Source of the DNA: Moniliella sp. 'wahieum'
Lineage: Eukaryota
Reading direction: 5' to 3'
Length of the DNA: 42,693 nucleotides
NCBI GenBank assembly: GCA_003971905.1
Contig: RSEE01000016.1
Location: 868,001 to 910,693, forward strand
The notes below the pieces were generated by a model. It was not told the DNA's origin, made no database searches, and was given only the letters and a program-made list of their open reading frames with translations. Of this stretch, positions 25,961 to 38,180 are shown one piece after another. The number at the start of each line of letters is the position of its first letter. Positions within the stretch are counted from its first letter, which is position 1. The position numbers and the translations under genes are program-made.

Positions 25961-26006
25961 ATCCCCTCCTCTCCCCCTCTCCTCCCCCGTATCCCCGGAC
26001 CCAGCC

Positions 26007-27091
<1,085 letters not shown>

Positions 27092-27348
27092 TCTGAATGT
27101 TGATTGTTTTGCTACCCACTTTTTCGTTCTCCTCCCTCATTTCTCCCTTACACAACTTTCATCCTGTTTTGATTTATCCTGCATAGTTCGACGACGGAGG
27201 TGCGTCGCGAGATGGCTGTTTCAGGCGACTGCACCATGAGATCGTGCTATGCGATATGGATGCTCATCATCGGTGTTCGTGGTTTAACATGATAGGCTTT
27301 AGGACGCTAGCCATGGATTGGAGGGCAGGAATGGCATGCAAGGTGCGA

Positions 27349-30300
27349 TCACGTAGGCGAGAGTATGGCCTGGAGACAGGTCTTCACACGCGCCGCGGCC
27401 GACTGAGCGTCCGGCAAGGAAGTCCACGCTGTCGAGAGCAGCAGGTCTTCGCACTCGTCCCGCGCTTGCTCTTGCCCATCCGGATTTGCTTCGTCCAGGT
27501 GGGCGTCTAGCAGATCATCCAGCGAAAGTGTAAGGGCCTCGCTCGTGCTCACACGTATCTGAGCGCAAGGAGGGTTGAGGGGTGTTAGTTTGTTTTTTTT
27601 TCGTTCTGGTCCACAGAAGGCAGAGGGAGTGAGAGGGGCGTACACTGGGATCGAGATGAGCCAGGAACCAGGCCAGATGGTGGATGAGCGGGATGGGGTG
27701 GCTTTTGCTCGCACACAAAAGGGCGATGCAGCTAGGAGGTTGGGGGAGGGGAGGGGTCAACTCGCTAGGAGAAGGAGGAGGGGAGGGACGTACAAATCGC
27801 GTGAGGCGTCGAGCCGGGTTACGTTGCGGACTTTGGGCAAGGCTCGGAGGGCGGTTTTGCCTAGTTGCTCCAACCTGGGCGGGATCAACGGTCCATGGTC
27901 AGCCCATGCGCGTCATCAGGGAAGGAAGGGAGGGGGGGGGGGACGCACACGCCGTCCAGGCCGTCCGGGCGGTCTGTCGAGCTCGCCCGCACACGGCCGA
28001 GCTCAAGCGCAGGACAGGCACCATGATCTTGTTCTTGGCGAGGCTCGTCTGGCCGTGGCCTGGACGAGAGCCAGCAGGGTCCGCAGCCGCTCGGGGCTGG
28101 ATTGGATCCAGTGCTGGATGCTGCCGACGGCCTCGTTGTTCTGGTGGGGAAGGGGGAAGAGGGAAGAGGGGCAGGCGGTCAGTATCCCAGCTGCATGCGT
28201 GCGGATCGAGCACCCACATAAGCGTCTTTTGCTTGCCCCCCGAGACGAGGAGGCCCTGCAGCACAGCGCCCCCCAGCGCCGCATCCGAGACGCGGCACAT
28301 GCGCGGGAACAGCCTGCCGCATCGCTCATCTCCACCCGCGCCCTAAGCATCCGTCAGTACGTCGTCTCGTGCGCATCGCCGCGGCAGTCCAGTACACACG
28401 CTTCAATCGCCCCACCAGGCCCCCAACGCCCCCGACCGCTCCACTTGTCCGCCCATCGACCTCACCACCTCCACCAATGCCCTTGCTCCTTGCCACGGAC
28501 CCCATCGTTGCGCTCGCCCATCTGCTTGAGCATCGCCCCTTCCACCTTGCTTGCATACCTCTCGGCGCCGCTCCGCACAGGCCGTAGAGCTTGCCCAAGG
28601 CGGCCATAGACGCACTGCGCACCCACGAGCCCACGTCCCCACGCCGATCCACACTGTAGTCGTCTGTGCCTTGGAGGAGTGTCTCGATCAGACGCGCAAG
28701 AACGGTGTCGGGAAGCGGTGCTAGCAAATGTGTCAGCATTGCCGTCGCGCGAGTGAATGGGGAGGGCGGGGGGGGGGGCATACCTTTCACCTTGTTGGTC
28801 AGTAGCACCTGCAACCACTGACCCTGATGCGTCCCTTCGCGCTTCCACAACTTGCGTATAGGCGGCCGAGGAGGGTGTCAGCACTTCCAGCAGAAAGTCA
28901 CCTCCTCCCACCTCAGGGCTCAGCGGGAGGAAAGGTGAATGCGCCTAGGGCTTTGCTCCATCCTTGTTGTTCGCGGCCGGGTCCATGGTGTGCCATCGCT
29001 TTTGACTTGCTGCAGCAGGCTTTTTGCAGTGCCCCATCCGATCGGGCGTTACGGTCGCGGGCGTCAGTTAGCGCCCTTAATGCGTCGTCCACGCGGCCCA
29101 TTGGACACCGGCTTCCGGCCGCACCAGGGCCTCTGTGGTGACGCTGGTAAGCCGGGCGAGAAGGGTGCGCCCAGACTCGCCCTTTTGCCATAAGAAGTGG
29201 TACACGTCCTTGTCCAAACTCTGGGCCAGAAGGTGGCAGACTGCTTCGTACATTTGGTGTCCGCTGGGGGTGGGGGTAAGAAGTCGTTGCACCGCAACGC
29301 ACATTCGAGCACCTCGGCTCGCTGCGGGGGGAAGATGCTCCCGGGCCAAGGGGGCAAGGGAGGTGAGGGCGAGGAGGCGACCGTGTTGGAGGAGTGGATC
29401 CCGGGTCTCCTTGCTCACTTCGAGCATCACCCCGAGAAGAAGAGAAGGGGTGGCATGCACCACCAAGGCTAGCGCTTGTGCAGCCAGCTCGCGCATCCCC
29501 GAGTCCCAGTGGGCCAACGTGATGGACTGGAGATGGGCCACAAGGGCAGATCGGTAGGGCTCGAACTGTGCGACGGCAGGAAGGACAGAGAGGAAGCACG
29601 TCCTTCGCACCCCCACTGCAAAGAAGTCGGCCAAGCGGATCACGTCCAACCCATGGGGGAACAAGTCGAGGCGGCCCGCTCCTTCTTGGAACGCTGCACT
29701 GGCCGCACGACGAATGGAGACCTCGCGATCGCAGCAGGCAACGCACACCAGACTGGCTGCGATCCCGTCGGGCCCAGCGGCATGAGGGGCAATGCTTTGC
29801 ATATCATGCGCCCGTGCCAAGGCCCAGAACACGTAGCACGCCCCATCCCGCACCGCTGTCCCCACCCCGCGCCCACCACGGCGAACGTCAAACTTCAATG
29901 CTCGCTGCACCCCGTCACAGCATCTTCCTCCCCCCCGCAGCCGCGGCGAGCAGGTCCCTCCGCGCCAACTCAGCAAGGCAAGACAGGCCCCTTGCCAGCT
30001 CGCCTCGGACGCAGCATTGAGATCAATAGATCCATCAGGAAGACGCAGCGAGTTGTCCGAGAAGAGGGCCAAGATGGAGTCGAGGATTTGAGCGACAAAG
30101 GCAGACGGCAGCCGCTCGCTAATTCGCGCCACCCCCTTTGCCGCCGAGTAGCGCACTTGGGAGCTCTCATGCTAAACCCTCCAATAGTTCGCCCAGATAC
30201 CCCTCCACCGCTTCAGGGACGTCTACCTCCTCCTCCTCCTCCGCCTTCTCCTCTGAGGCCCATTCCCCCTCAGATGGTGCAGAACCTAAAGGTCGAAGAT

Positions 30301-31472
30301 GCCTTTTTCTGCGCGGACGGGGGGCAGCTGTTTCAACGCCAAACGCCCAATCAACTTGGTGTATCCTTTGGCGATCTGAGCATTGCTCGCATGCAGGTCA
30401 GTGTCCTGGTGAGCCTCCCGAGAAGCCTCAACCACAGCCAAGACGGTTTGGAAGAGCGAAAGCATCTGTGTCACCCGTCCAGGCTCAAGTACTTTGAGCA
30501 GCTCACAAAGAGAGAAAAGGATGCCCGTTTGAAGGTAGATAGACGCGCCTGCTTCTGGGCCAAGGGTGGTGGCCGACCAGTGGAGGAACGAATGCAATGC
30601 GTCTTGCGTCTCGGGCCTGAATGGGATCAGTACGGTGCACAGGAAGGGAGGAAGTGCGAGAGAGAAGAGGAGGGGACGTACCTTTGGTACAACCGTCCCA
30701 CCAGAACGACAGAAGCTCCCTCTCAATACCGGGGACGCCAATGTAGGCGCGTGCTAGGTGGGCGATTTGGTCGACGTTGTCTGGGCGGGACGGTCAAACT
30801 GCCGCAGATCAAATGGGATCATACAGACGAGGGAGAGCCAGAGAGAAGCGTATAGCGCACCTCCCATTCCATTACCAGCACAACACGGCCTTCTCTTGAG
30901 GCGGATGGGGAGCGGGTAGAATTGCGAGATCGGGGGTACCAAGGATGCTTCCAACACATCCACCAGCGGCCGCAGGTCTTCCACCTCGTGGGGGAAAAAG
31001 TGGACTGGGGGGCAGGGGGTCAGTGGGTCTGTATGTGCAAAGAAGCCAAGCATCCAACAAGGTACGTACTGATGGTTTTGTAGCCCCGGATTCGGCTGTA
31101 GAGATAAAAGATGCGCCCGAGCGTGTTGAGCGCAAGCACAGCCTGTGCGCCTGGCTGCGCGCCCTGGCCCATGCCCGCGTGCACCGCCCGCACACAGTCC
31201 GCAGCGCGGCCGAGACGGGGGCAATCATGCGGTCAAGGTACGGATCGAGGAGATATGTCTGCGCCTGCTCGGCATAGGGATCGAGCATCTCGCGCATCTG
31301 CTTCAGCAGCTTGTCCGCCCCCGTCTGCACCGCGCCCAGGTCAACAGGGAAGTGCTGCCGCCCGAGGAGCAGAGGCGGGGACAACGAGCTGGAGGCATTG
31401 GTCGAGGAGCGAGAAGAAGGCGTCGGACGAATCAAACGTGACCAAATCCCTCTCTTCCACGCCATCGTCCAT
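27349..31472 (-). CDS. TBCD: Tubulin-folding cofactor D (Alp1/Cin1/TBCD), HEAT repeats; introns 31005-31069, 28721-28783, 27732-27793, 27559-27643 (others possible), many frameshifts
   Basis: LDPYAEQAQTYLLDPYLDRMI, RGYKTI|IHFFPHEVEDL, LWLSLVCMIPFDL, RYSAAKGVARISERLP, VRDGACYVFWALARA, DREVSIRRAASAAFQEGAGR, DDYSVDRRGDVGSWVRSASM and HLDPS|IRVSTSE. Confidence 0.92.
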
Positions 31473-32097
31473 GGTGGTGGTCGGGGGGGTGGATCGACGC
31501 AAGAGGTGCAGAGGTGGTGCGTGCGTGGACGCTGACTGGCCGGTCGTCGCCGCCGCCTCGCCTGCCTGCCAGGACAGGACGGCGGGGCAACCCTAGCGCC
31601 TGTTCTTGCGCCACCCATAACCCTAGCGCTGCGCGATTGACCGTTAAAGCACGCCGCGCACGCGTGCAGTGTGTGCTCGTTTGCGTTGTGATGGATGATG
31701 GATGATGCATCGCCTCCCGGATCCCAGATCCCAAGCCCCCTTTTTGTGTGACGCTTGGAAAGAGGCTCTCATGTATATCCACTCTGCTGCGCCCTCTGTT
31801 GGCCTCACTGCTATGTGCCTCTCGAAGCGGACGCTTGACAGTGACCGCTGTATCCAGTGACGCTACATGGAGGACCGAATGCCCTAGGCCCTCATCCTCT
31901 GTCGTCAGTCGCGGCCAAAGGGTAGTCGTAGTATGAACAGCCGTATGAACACCGCGTCTCTTCATACATCTTGCGGCTTCGAGAGCCGCAATCCATGCAC
32001 TCCAAGAGGCTGACCGCCGATGAGGGTGGTGGGAACAAGACGAAAGCAGGGGAAGAATTGAATCGTTATGCGTCAGTCGCCACGCCGACTTGGCTGG

Positions 32098-32486
32098 CTA
32101 CGCTAGCGTGCCGTACTGTGATGTCTATCGGTTAGTGCTGTGAGGTCATTCTCACAGTAATAGGGTGGGGCCAGGTATTGGCGTACCTGGCGAGGCGGAC
32201 CAGCGGGCGGCGCGACTGGGGCAGAGGAGATGGTGGTAGGCAGGATCGGTTCGTAGCGACCCTGTCCCACATACACAAAGCCCTGCAGACCATACACCTC
32301 GCGCGCCTGGATGTACTTGTAGATGCAGTAAAACGCCCACAGGTGGCCCGGGAGCACACCGAGAAAGGTGAGCACAATGCTGATCAACATATCCCACGTG
32401 CACAGGCCCGCAATCCACGCCACAGGCGCAGGGGGGCAGATGAGTGCCACAAGCACAAGCAACACGTCGGAGCAGTAGACAGTCAT
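32098..32486 (-). CDS. Pmp3/Sna (UPF0057) small membrane proteolipid; intron 32125-32186
   Basis: MTVYCSDVLLVLVALICPPAPVAWIAGLCTWDMLISIVLTFLGVLPGHLWAFYCIY fits the Pmp3 signature. Splicing GTACGC...ACTAAC...TAG yields the C-terminus PPRQ|TSQYGTLA and a stop. Confidence 0.88.
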
Positions 32487-33162
32487 TGTTGGTGAGTGGT
32501 GGTCGAGGGGGGGGGGGGGGGGGGGGGTGGGGGGGGGGGCTGGTGCCAGGTGCAGGGGTAAAAAAGCGGCGGGGGTGGGGCAACGGAGCGCGATGAGTTT
32601 TGCGAGTTGGCCGCCGCCGGTTATTATATGTGTAGCCCCCATCAGGCCCCAGCTAACCTCAGGGGCGTAGACGGTTATAGGAGCGGCGTTACATTAGCAC
32701 AGCATCCGAGGGGCAAAACGTGTGTGCTCCGCCAGCTGCTCAGCCTGAGCCCTGTTCTTCAGCCGCGCGCTCTGAACGATGATCTCTGCCAGGGAGACGG
32801 CCGATGGGCGATGGGCGATGGGCAAAGGCCACTTCAGCTCCAAGCTTCAAGCTTCAAGCTTCAAGAGTCAAAAAGAGCGTCAGGCTTCATGCTTCTGGCA
32901 GGGCGCTTGTGTCCTGCCCAGCAGTGCTCTGTTTCTGGTGGCAGAGGCGCCACGGGTTCCCAGCGCCTCCTCCTCGGACCCAGCCGTGCCCCCACACGTC
33001 CCCACCGCACGGGCCTCTCCACCTACGGCGATTACCGACAATCGATGAGATGTACCAACATGTAGATGCGCTGCCAACTCCACCCGCGGAGCTGGGTGTG
33101 CTGGGCGCGAAGCTTGAAGAGGGCCCGAAACACGTAAAGCGAGAGAGGGTTAATCGATTTCA

Positions 33163-33420
33163 TCAGTGGTAGAGGTGGATCACGCGCATCATGGCCGAGA
33201 GCGTCACGGTGGGCGACTGCATGCGGACCACTTCTCGCAACATCCGATAAATACGCGTAATGGGAACCAAGAGGGATGCTGCGTGGTGGCGACACTGGTG
33301 ACCTTCTACTTTTGGTAGGTGCCCGACAGCCATAGCGTCAGTCAGCGAGCGAGCTAGAGGTAGTGTATATACTAGCGTTTCCCCCGTCCCTGCCTGCATG
33401 GTGCAAATGATAGTTTGGTA
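33163..33420 (-). pseudogene. Superfamily-2 (RecQ/DEAD-like) helicase relic, motifs I and Ia only
   Basis: IICTMQAGTGETLVYTLPL resembles Walker A context (GxGKT/S with K changed to E), followed by ASLLVPITRI (motif Ia-like). No DExD/H box before the stop. Confidence 0.35.
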
Positions 33421-33541
33421 CGTTGAGAGGGACGACTCACAAGGACAACAGGTTCCCAGACGAGGGCAACAAGAATGTTGAGCGCCATACATTACCGCAT
33501 GTCGTTTCGGAAGCCCTCGGTAAGATCCATCAGCCCTTCGG

Positions 33542-34908
33542 TTACTGAGCCTGGAGACCAGCCTGAACCAAACCACCCTTGCTGTCCAGCACCGCCACAC
33601 GTTCTGGGCGAGGGACATTTTCATGTCCACACAGCCCGGCTGACGGGACGAGAGGAAGAAAGCGAGGCCATCCAAGACGCTGTACTCCTCAAATGGAGGG
33701 CAAGCCAACAATGGCGCTTCTTGCTCCAAGTCCATCCCGTCGTACATCCCGCTGTACAACCAATGCGTCGTCATGAAACCCCCTGGTTTGGACCAAGGGT
33801 AGGTGGAGTGCACCTCATTCCAGTGGGGTTAGCAGCGATCCATTCGACCGTGCGCTTCATTTCCTCTCCTTGGGGCGCTGAAGCGTATCGTGGACTGCCT
33901 GTGCCACTTGAGCCAACGTCCCATGAGCCAACAGGTCTGGATCAAACTCCATAGGCAAGGGGTGAATGGCGTTGGGAAAGTACTTTTCGCCGAGATTAAG
34001 TCGATCCCACGCCGCATGTCCATGGAGGTGAATGCATGAGTGGTATGGTGCTTTGGATCGACAGTCTGGCGAGCGCGGAAGACAGTGCAGTATAGAACGG
34101 CGGAGAGCGTGATAAACGTAGAGAACGTAGCTTTGTCACCTGTTGCAGGCCGTCCGCAGGCATGTTTAAGGGCCAATCTCCGTTGGGGTAAAGCGGAAAA
34201 ATCTCCCCTCGGTCTTAGGCGGAGTAGGCACATTCACCGTCTCAGGCGGTGCAAGGGTATACACATTGGGGCAAAATTCAAGTGCTGCTTTCCGTTCTTC
34301 GGGGGTGAAGCTCTTGTCGGCCAAAAACGAGTTCAGCAATGGCACTTCTAATGCCTCGCCGCGGTAGAGGCGCGCCAGGTTGCGGAGCAGCCTCATGCTC
34401 CCTCCGAAGTCGCAAACGAGATGGTGGATCCGCGCTGAGAGAGCAGCAACGCCATTGGCAAATTCAGTGACTTGAATGGAGAAAATTGGCTCGTCTTTCA
34501 GCTTTTCCATGTCCATATGGACCGCGTCAAAGGGAGGAAGAAGATCACCGCCCTTTTGAGGGGTGAGCTGATCGACAAAGTTGACGCTGGGGTCAAATAC
34601 CAGCTTGTCGGGCGAGGACGCAAGATAGAGTTTAACGCCTCCCAGGTGTGTCAGATCGACTTGGGGTTTTCCCGAGGGACCGGAACAGAGGCGACCGCAA
34701 AGATGCGGGTAGGCCTTGAGCAGCTCCAAGAGGGCTTCGCGCAGGCGGTGACCTCGATGCGCGAGTAGAGGTAGAGATGGGGGATGGTGACGGCGGGGAA
34801 GGTGTACCAGTCCAGCGGACCGAGCGGGTGCACATCTCCTGGCACAAGGTTCGGCGATAGCACGTTTTCTGCCGAACGGACGGTGATGGGGGCCGAGGTG
34901 AGCGCCAT
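33542..34908 (-). CDS. HXXXD CoA-dependent acyltransferase (Transferase/BAHD-like, Tri101-type fold); apparently intronless, frameshifts
   Basis: LGPLDW, LREALLELLKAYPHLCGRL, PIFSIQVTEFANGVAALSARIHHLVCDFGGS (HxxxD), FSTFITLSA, MDMRR, and TTHW..SGMYDGMDLEQEAP at the position of the DFGWG motif. Confidence 0.85.
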
Positions 34909-34994
34909 GGGGATGGTGTGGGTGGGGCAAAGGAGAGCAAGCGGGCGACAGACGGAAGCACCCGAGCAACACCGCCCTGATGAGCACTAGGGAC

Positions 34995-35048
34995 CACGTG
35001 ACTAGTCGAGTGACCCTAGTGACTCACGAGGTCATTGGCGTGACGTCA
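34995..35048. promoter_or_regulatory. Divergent promoter with clustered CACGTG, TGACTCA and TGACGTCA motifs
   Basis: CACGTG 34995-35000, TGACTCA 35020-35026 and TGACGTCA 35041-35048 lie between two divergently transcribed genes. Function is inferred only. Confidence 0.3.
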
Positions 35049-35324
35049 CTAGTAACGAGTGTGTTGCCACGTCACCCCCGGTGGCTTGCCTGCGGCCTGG
35101 CTCCTGACTCGTACGAAAGCTAGGCCCTAGGGTTGTAAGATCGTTGGCGTAGCCAGCCCCACCCACTCGTCACGTGCAGGCCGGCGGGCAATAGGGTTGC
35201 ACACTTTTCTTTGCACCCTCCGATATAGCAAGTAGAGATGCGACCGCCGTATCACACGTCACGTGACGCGTGCATCTCGAGCGATGCTTGCTGTCTCGTG
35301 TCCGCTGCTGTTGCTTGTTCCTTG

Positions 35325-38180
35325 ATGGCGATGGCGATGGCGATGGCGATGGCGACGGCGGCGGCGATGGAAGTGGCGTGGACTTCGGATGGGACGGTGT
35401 ACCCGACGAGGGAGATGGCGGTGGGGCGGGTGGTACAGCAGCAGTTTGCCGCCAACAAGATTGCATGGCTGCGCTCTTCGCCCCCGCATCTGGCCGGCTT
35501 TGCCGAGTTGAACCTTGAGTGGGCCGCGGCGTCCGCGTCGTCTTCTGCGCCGGAGGCGACCTCCGCCTCGTCAGAGAAGGGCGAGTGGGCGGATGCGCCG
35601 GAGGATGCGTCGGAGCGCCCTGCAACGCCGCCAACGAGCAAATGTGCACCCACGCCACCGCCAAAGCGCCACGCGACGCATTCCCGCACCGGCCTGGGCC
35701 CTTTCTACCGCCTTCTGCCCACGTCGGTCCCATCCAGACCGCCTTTACCTGCCGCATCCATGACTGCCCCTTCCTCCTCCTCGTCCTCCCGCACATCGCC
35801 GCTGCCGCCCATCCCGCCACCTCTGCCGCACCGACGATCCTCCGCCCGCGGGGTGGACCATCCGCACCTACACTGCCCACGCCGACGCCTGCCCCTGCCT
35901 GCCCACACTGGCCAGGGGCTCGCCGCTGGGCTGGCGCGAGGAGGTGTTAGCCGCGCTCGCTCGCCTCGATGACCACACGCTGCTGCACATGACGCCCAAA
36001 CTCGTGCTCCAACAGCATCCCTTGACCTGGACCGTGCGTGTCTCCTCCATCCCCATTCGCCCCCACTGACCTCCTTCTTCTCCCGGGCCGTGCGGCTCCT
36101 GTCTCCAGAATCCATACATCTGCGCAATGAATGTGCTTCGCAGCGCCCGGAAACGGCGTGCTATCGCCGCCGACATGCAGTCGGCGATGATACCGCTCCC
36201 GCTGCCCCACGCCGCGCCCGAGCGCGGTACCGAGCCTATGGCTCCGGCGCAGGCTTTGCGTGGCTCACGGATCGCCGGTTTGACAGTTACGAAGCGGCCT
36301 TGGCCTATGTTGCCTCGACGCTCTTCATCCACCATCCCGGCAAGTTGTGGTGCCTCCAACCCTCGAACACTTCCTCGCGCTCGTACAAATTGGCACCGGA
36401 GACGGCGAACCAGCATCGTCTCGCCAACCCGCTGCAGCACACGTTCACTTGCGTTACGTCCGGCTGCCCTTTTTTGCTGTTGATGGTGTGCCTGAACCGG
36501 TTGCCAGTCCCCCCGATCTGCCCTCATGGGGTGCCAGTCGAGCCATCCAGTGGTGTCTACGCCTCGTCCACTGGCACGCGCACTCTTGCCCTGACCGAGC
36601 GGTCGCGAGCAAGGGGGCACCTCGCTGTATCCTCACGCTGGCCAGGAGCTTGGTCGCGAGCCTATCGACAGACGAAGTGCGCCAGCTCGCGCCAAGGGAG
36701 CTGTTGCGTCGACTCGAGGTTTCCTGGTTCGCATGGGTGCGTTTTCCCTTTGAGCTACGGCGTGCGCTTAACCCCTCGCTGCCCCCGTGTTGTACCCGTT
36801 TGTAAATCCAAACTCGAGCCCTGACCGTCTGTTTTCCTCTTTTCTGAGCAGGCCAACCGCGCGGCGTGCAATGTACTGCATGCCACACTCCGAGCCCCGC
36901 ACTCGACACGCACGCATTCTGACCCGGCACAGAAGGACGCTGCCCAGGACTCGCACTCGGCGGGGGCTAGCACCTCCTTTCGCGTGGTGCCGCTTGGCGC
37001 TCGGCGCTTCCTGATCAAGCGCAGGCGGGTGTGCGTGCAAGAGAAAGCGCAAGAGCAAGCGCAAGAGCAGGATGAAGTGAATGTGGATGTGGGGGTGCAA
37101 GGCGAAAGGAGGAACGAGGGGACGTTCGCGCCCGCGTCCAGTTCGTCTGTGGCGCTACCCACAACCTCCCAGCCCCCGCGCTACGCGCGTCCCCCAGCCC
37201 CCCGGCACCGGCACCCGTCACAACGCAAGCGAGTGCGGGGCCTCTTTCTCCTACTTGGGTTTCAGCCGATCAATCCACTTCTACTTCTACTTCCACTTCT
37301 AGTTCTGCTTCCGCTTCCCTTCCCCTACTGCTTCCCCTAGTACTTTCCCTACAGTCGTCCACACTCCTGTTGCTACCGCCAGGATCGACCTGACCAGCGA
37401 GCCTGTGGACGGGTGCTCGTCGCCGTCTTCGCCACCGAGCGGGTGGTGGGAGGAGCTGAATCGCACCCTTCGCGCCTCGACACAAGCAAGTGCAGTAGTG
37501 CCTGCATGGGGTACTTCTGGTTCTGCGGACGCATCCGCTTCCCATACCGCATCCGTTCCTATTCTCGCCAACAGTCCTGTCATGTCGTCGCTGGAGGATA
37601 GTTCGGGTGTGGGGGAGCGACGTGAGCCCGACGGGTGGGACGCGATGCAGAAGGATGTTGTGGCTGTCGCGCCCTCGACTACCGACGCACTTGGTGTGAT
37701 GGGCGAGGTGACCGAAACGCCTGCAGAGAACCTCAACCAGCCAGAGGCAGTGGGTAACTCCCCGCTACCCCTGACCGTTGGCTTCCTTGCCCCAGTCTTC
37801 CGCTTGACGAGGTGGATTATGACGCCCCGGCCCCGCCCCGGCAGCACCTGCCACTAGTCCAATGGGAGATCTCCCAGATCCGGAGGTGTGCTCTCACAAA
37901 AACCATGCGTCGTGGCGGACGTTCCGGAAACAAGCGAGCAAGGTTCACCTGGAAGGAATCCGGGCAAGAGGGCAGGGTGCGCGCGAACAGGGAGAACTTT
38001 TTCAATTCCGAGATGGCCGCTCGAACGTTGTGGAGGAAATATGGCCTGAGTTGGCGTTCGATGGTCGAACTTAGCAATACCCCCGGCCCAATCGTATATG
38101 AAGACGAAATGCGGGAATATGTTGCCGTTCCGCAAGGAAACTGTCATGGGGGAGTTCCGAGGTGGGACCCACCCCTGTAG
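35325..38180 (+). CDS. Uncharacterised protein with a Mutator/FAR1/WRKY-GCM1-like Zn domain and a chromodomain-like C-terminus; intron 36737-36851, frameshifts
   Basis: RRFDSYEAALAYV...HTFTCVTSGCPFLLLMV...(frameshift)...IQWCLRLVHWHAHSC. A phase-0 GTGCGT...CTGAC...CAG intron joins the 36347 and 36984 frames. C-terminal WEISQI...ARFTWK...RENFFNSEMAARTLWRKY. Confidence 0.55.

Noticed and set aside
29476..30855. Long plus-strand ORF (459 aa) and similar long antisense ORFs (10729-11817, 18722-19789, 27575-28609)
   Set aside because: Shadow frames of real genes in GC-rich DNA, with no recognisable motifs.
31588..31630. AACCCTAGCGC repeated twice as a telomerase RNA template
   Set aside because: Not a 1.5-repeat CTAACCCTAA template. 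It lies in the cofactor D promoter and is more likely a promoter motif.
32098..38180. Secondary-metabolite cluster or mating-type locus
   Set aside because: No PKS/NRPS, glycosyltransferase or transporter, and no pheromone CAAX ORF, receptor or homeodomain gene was found.
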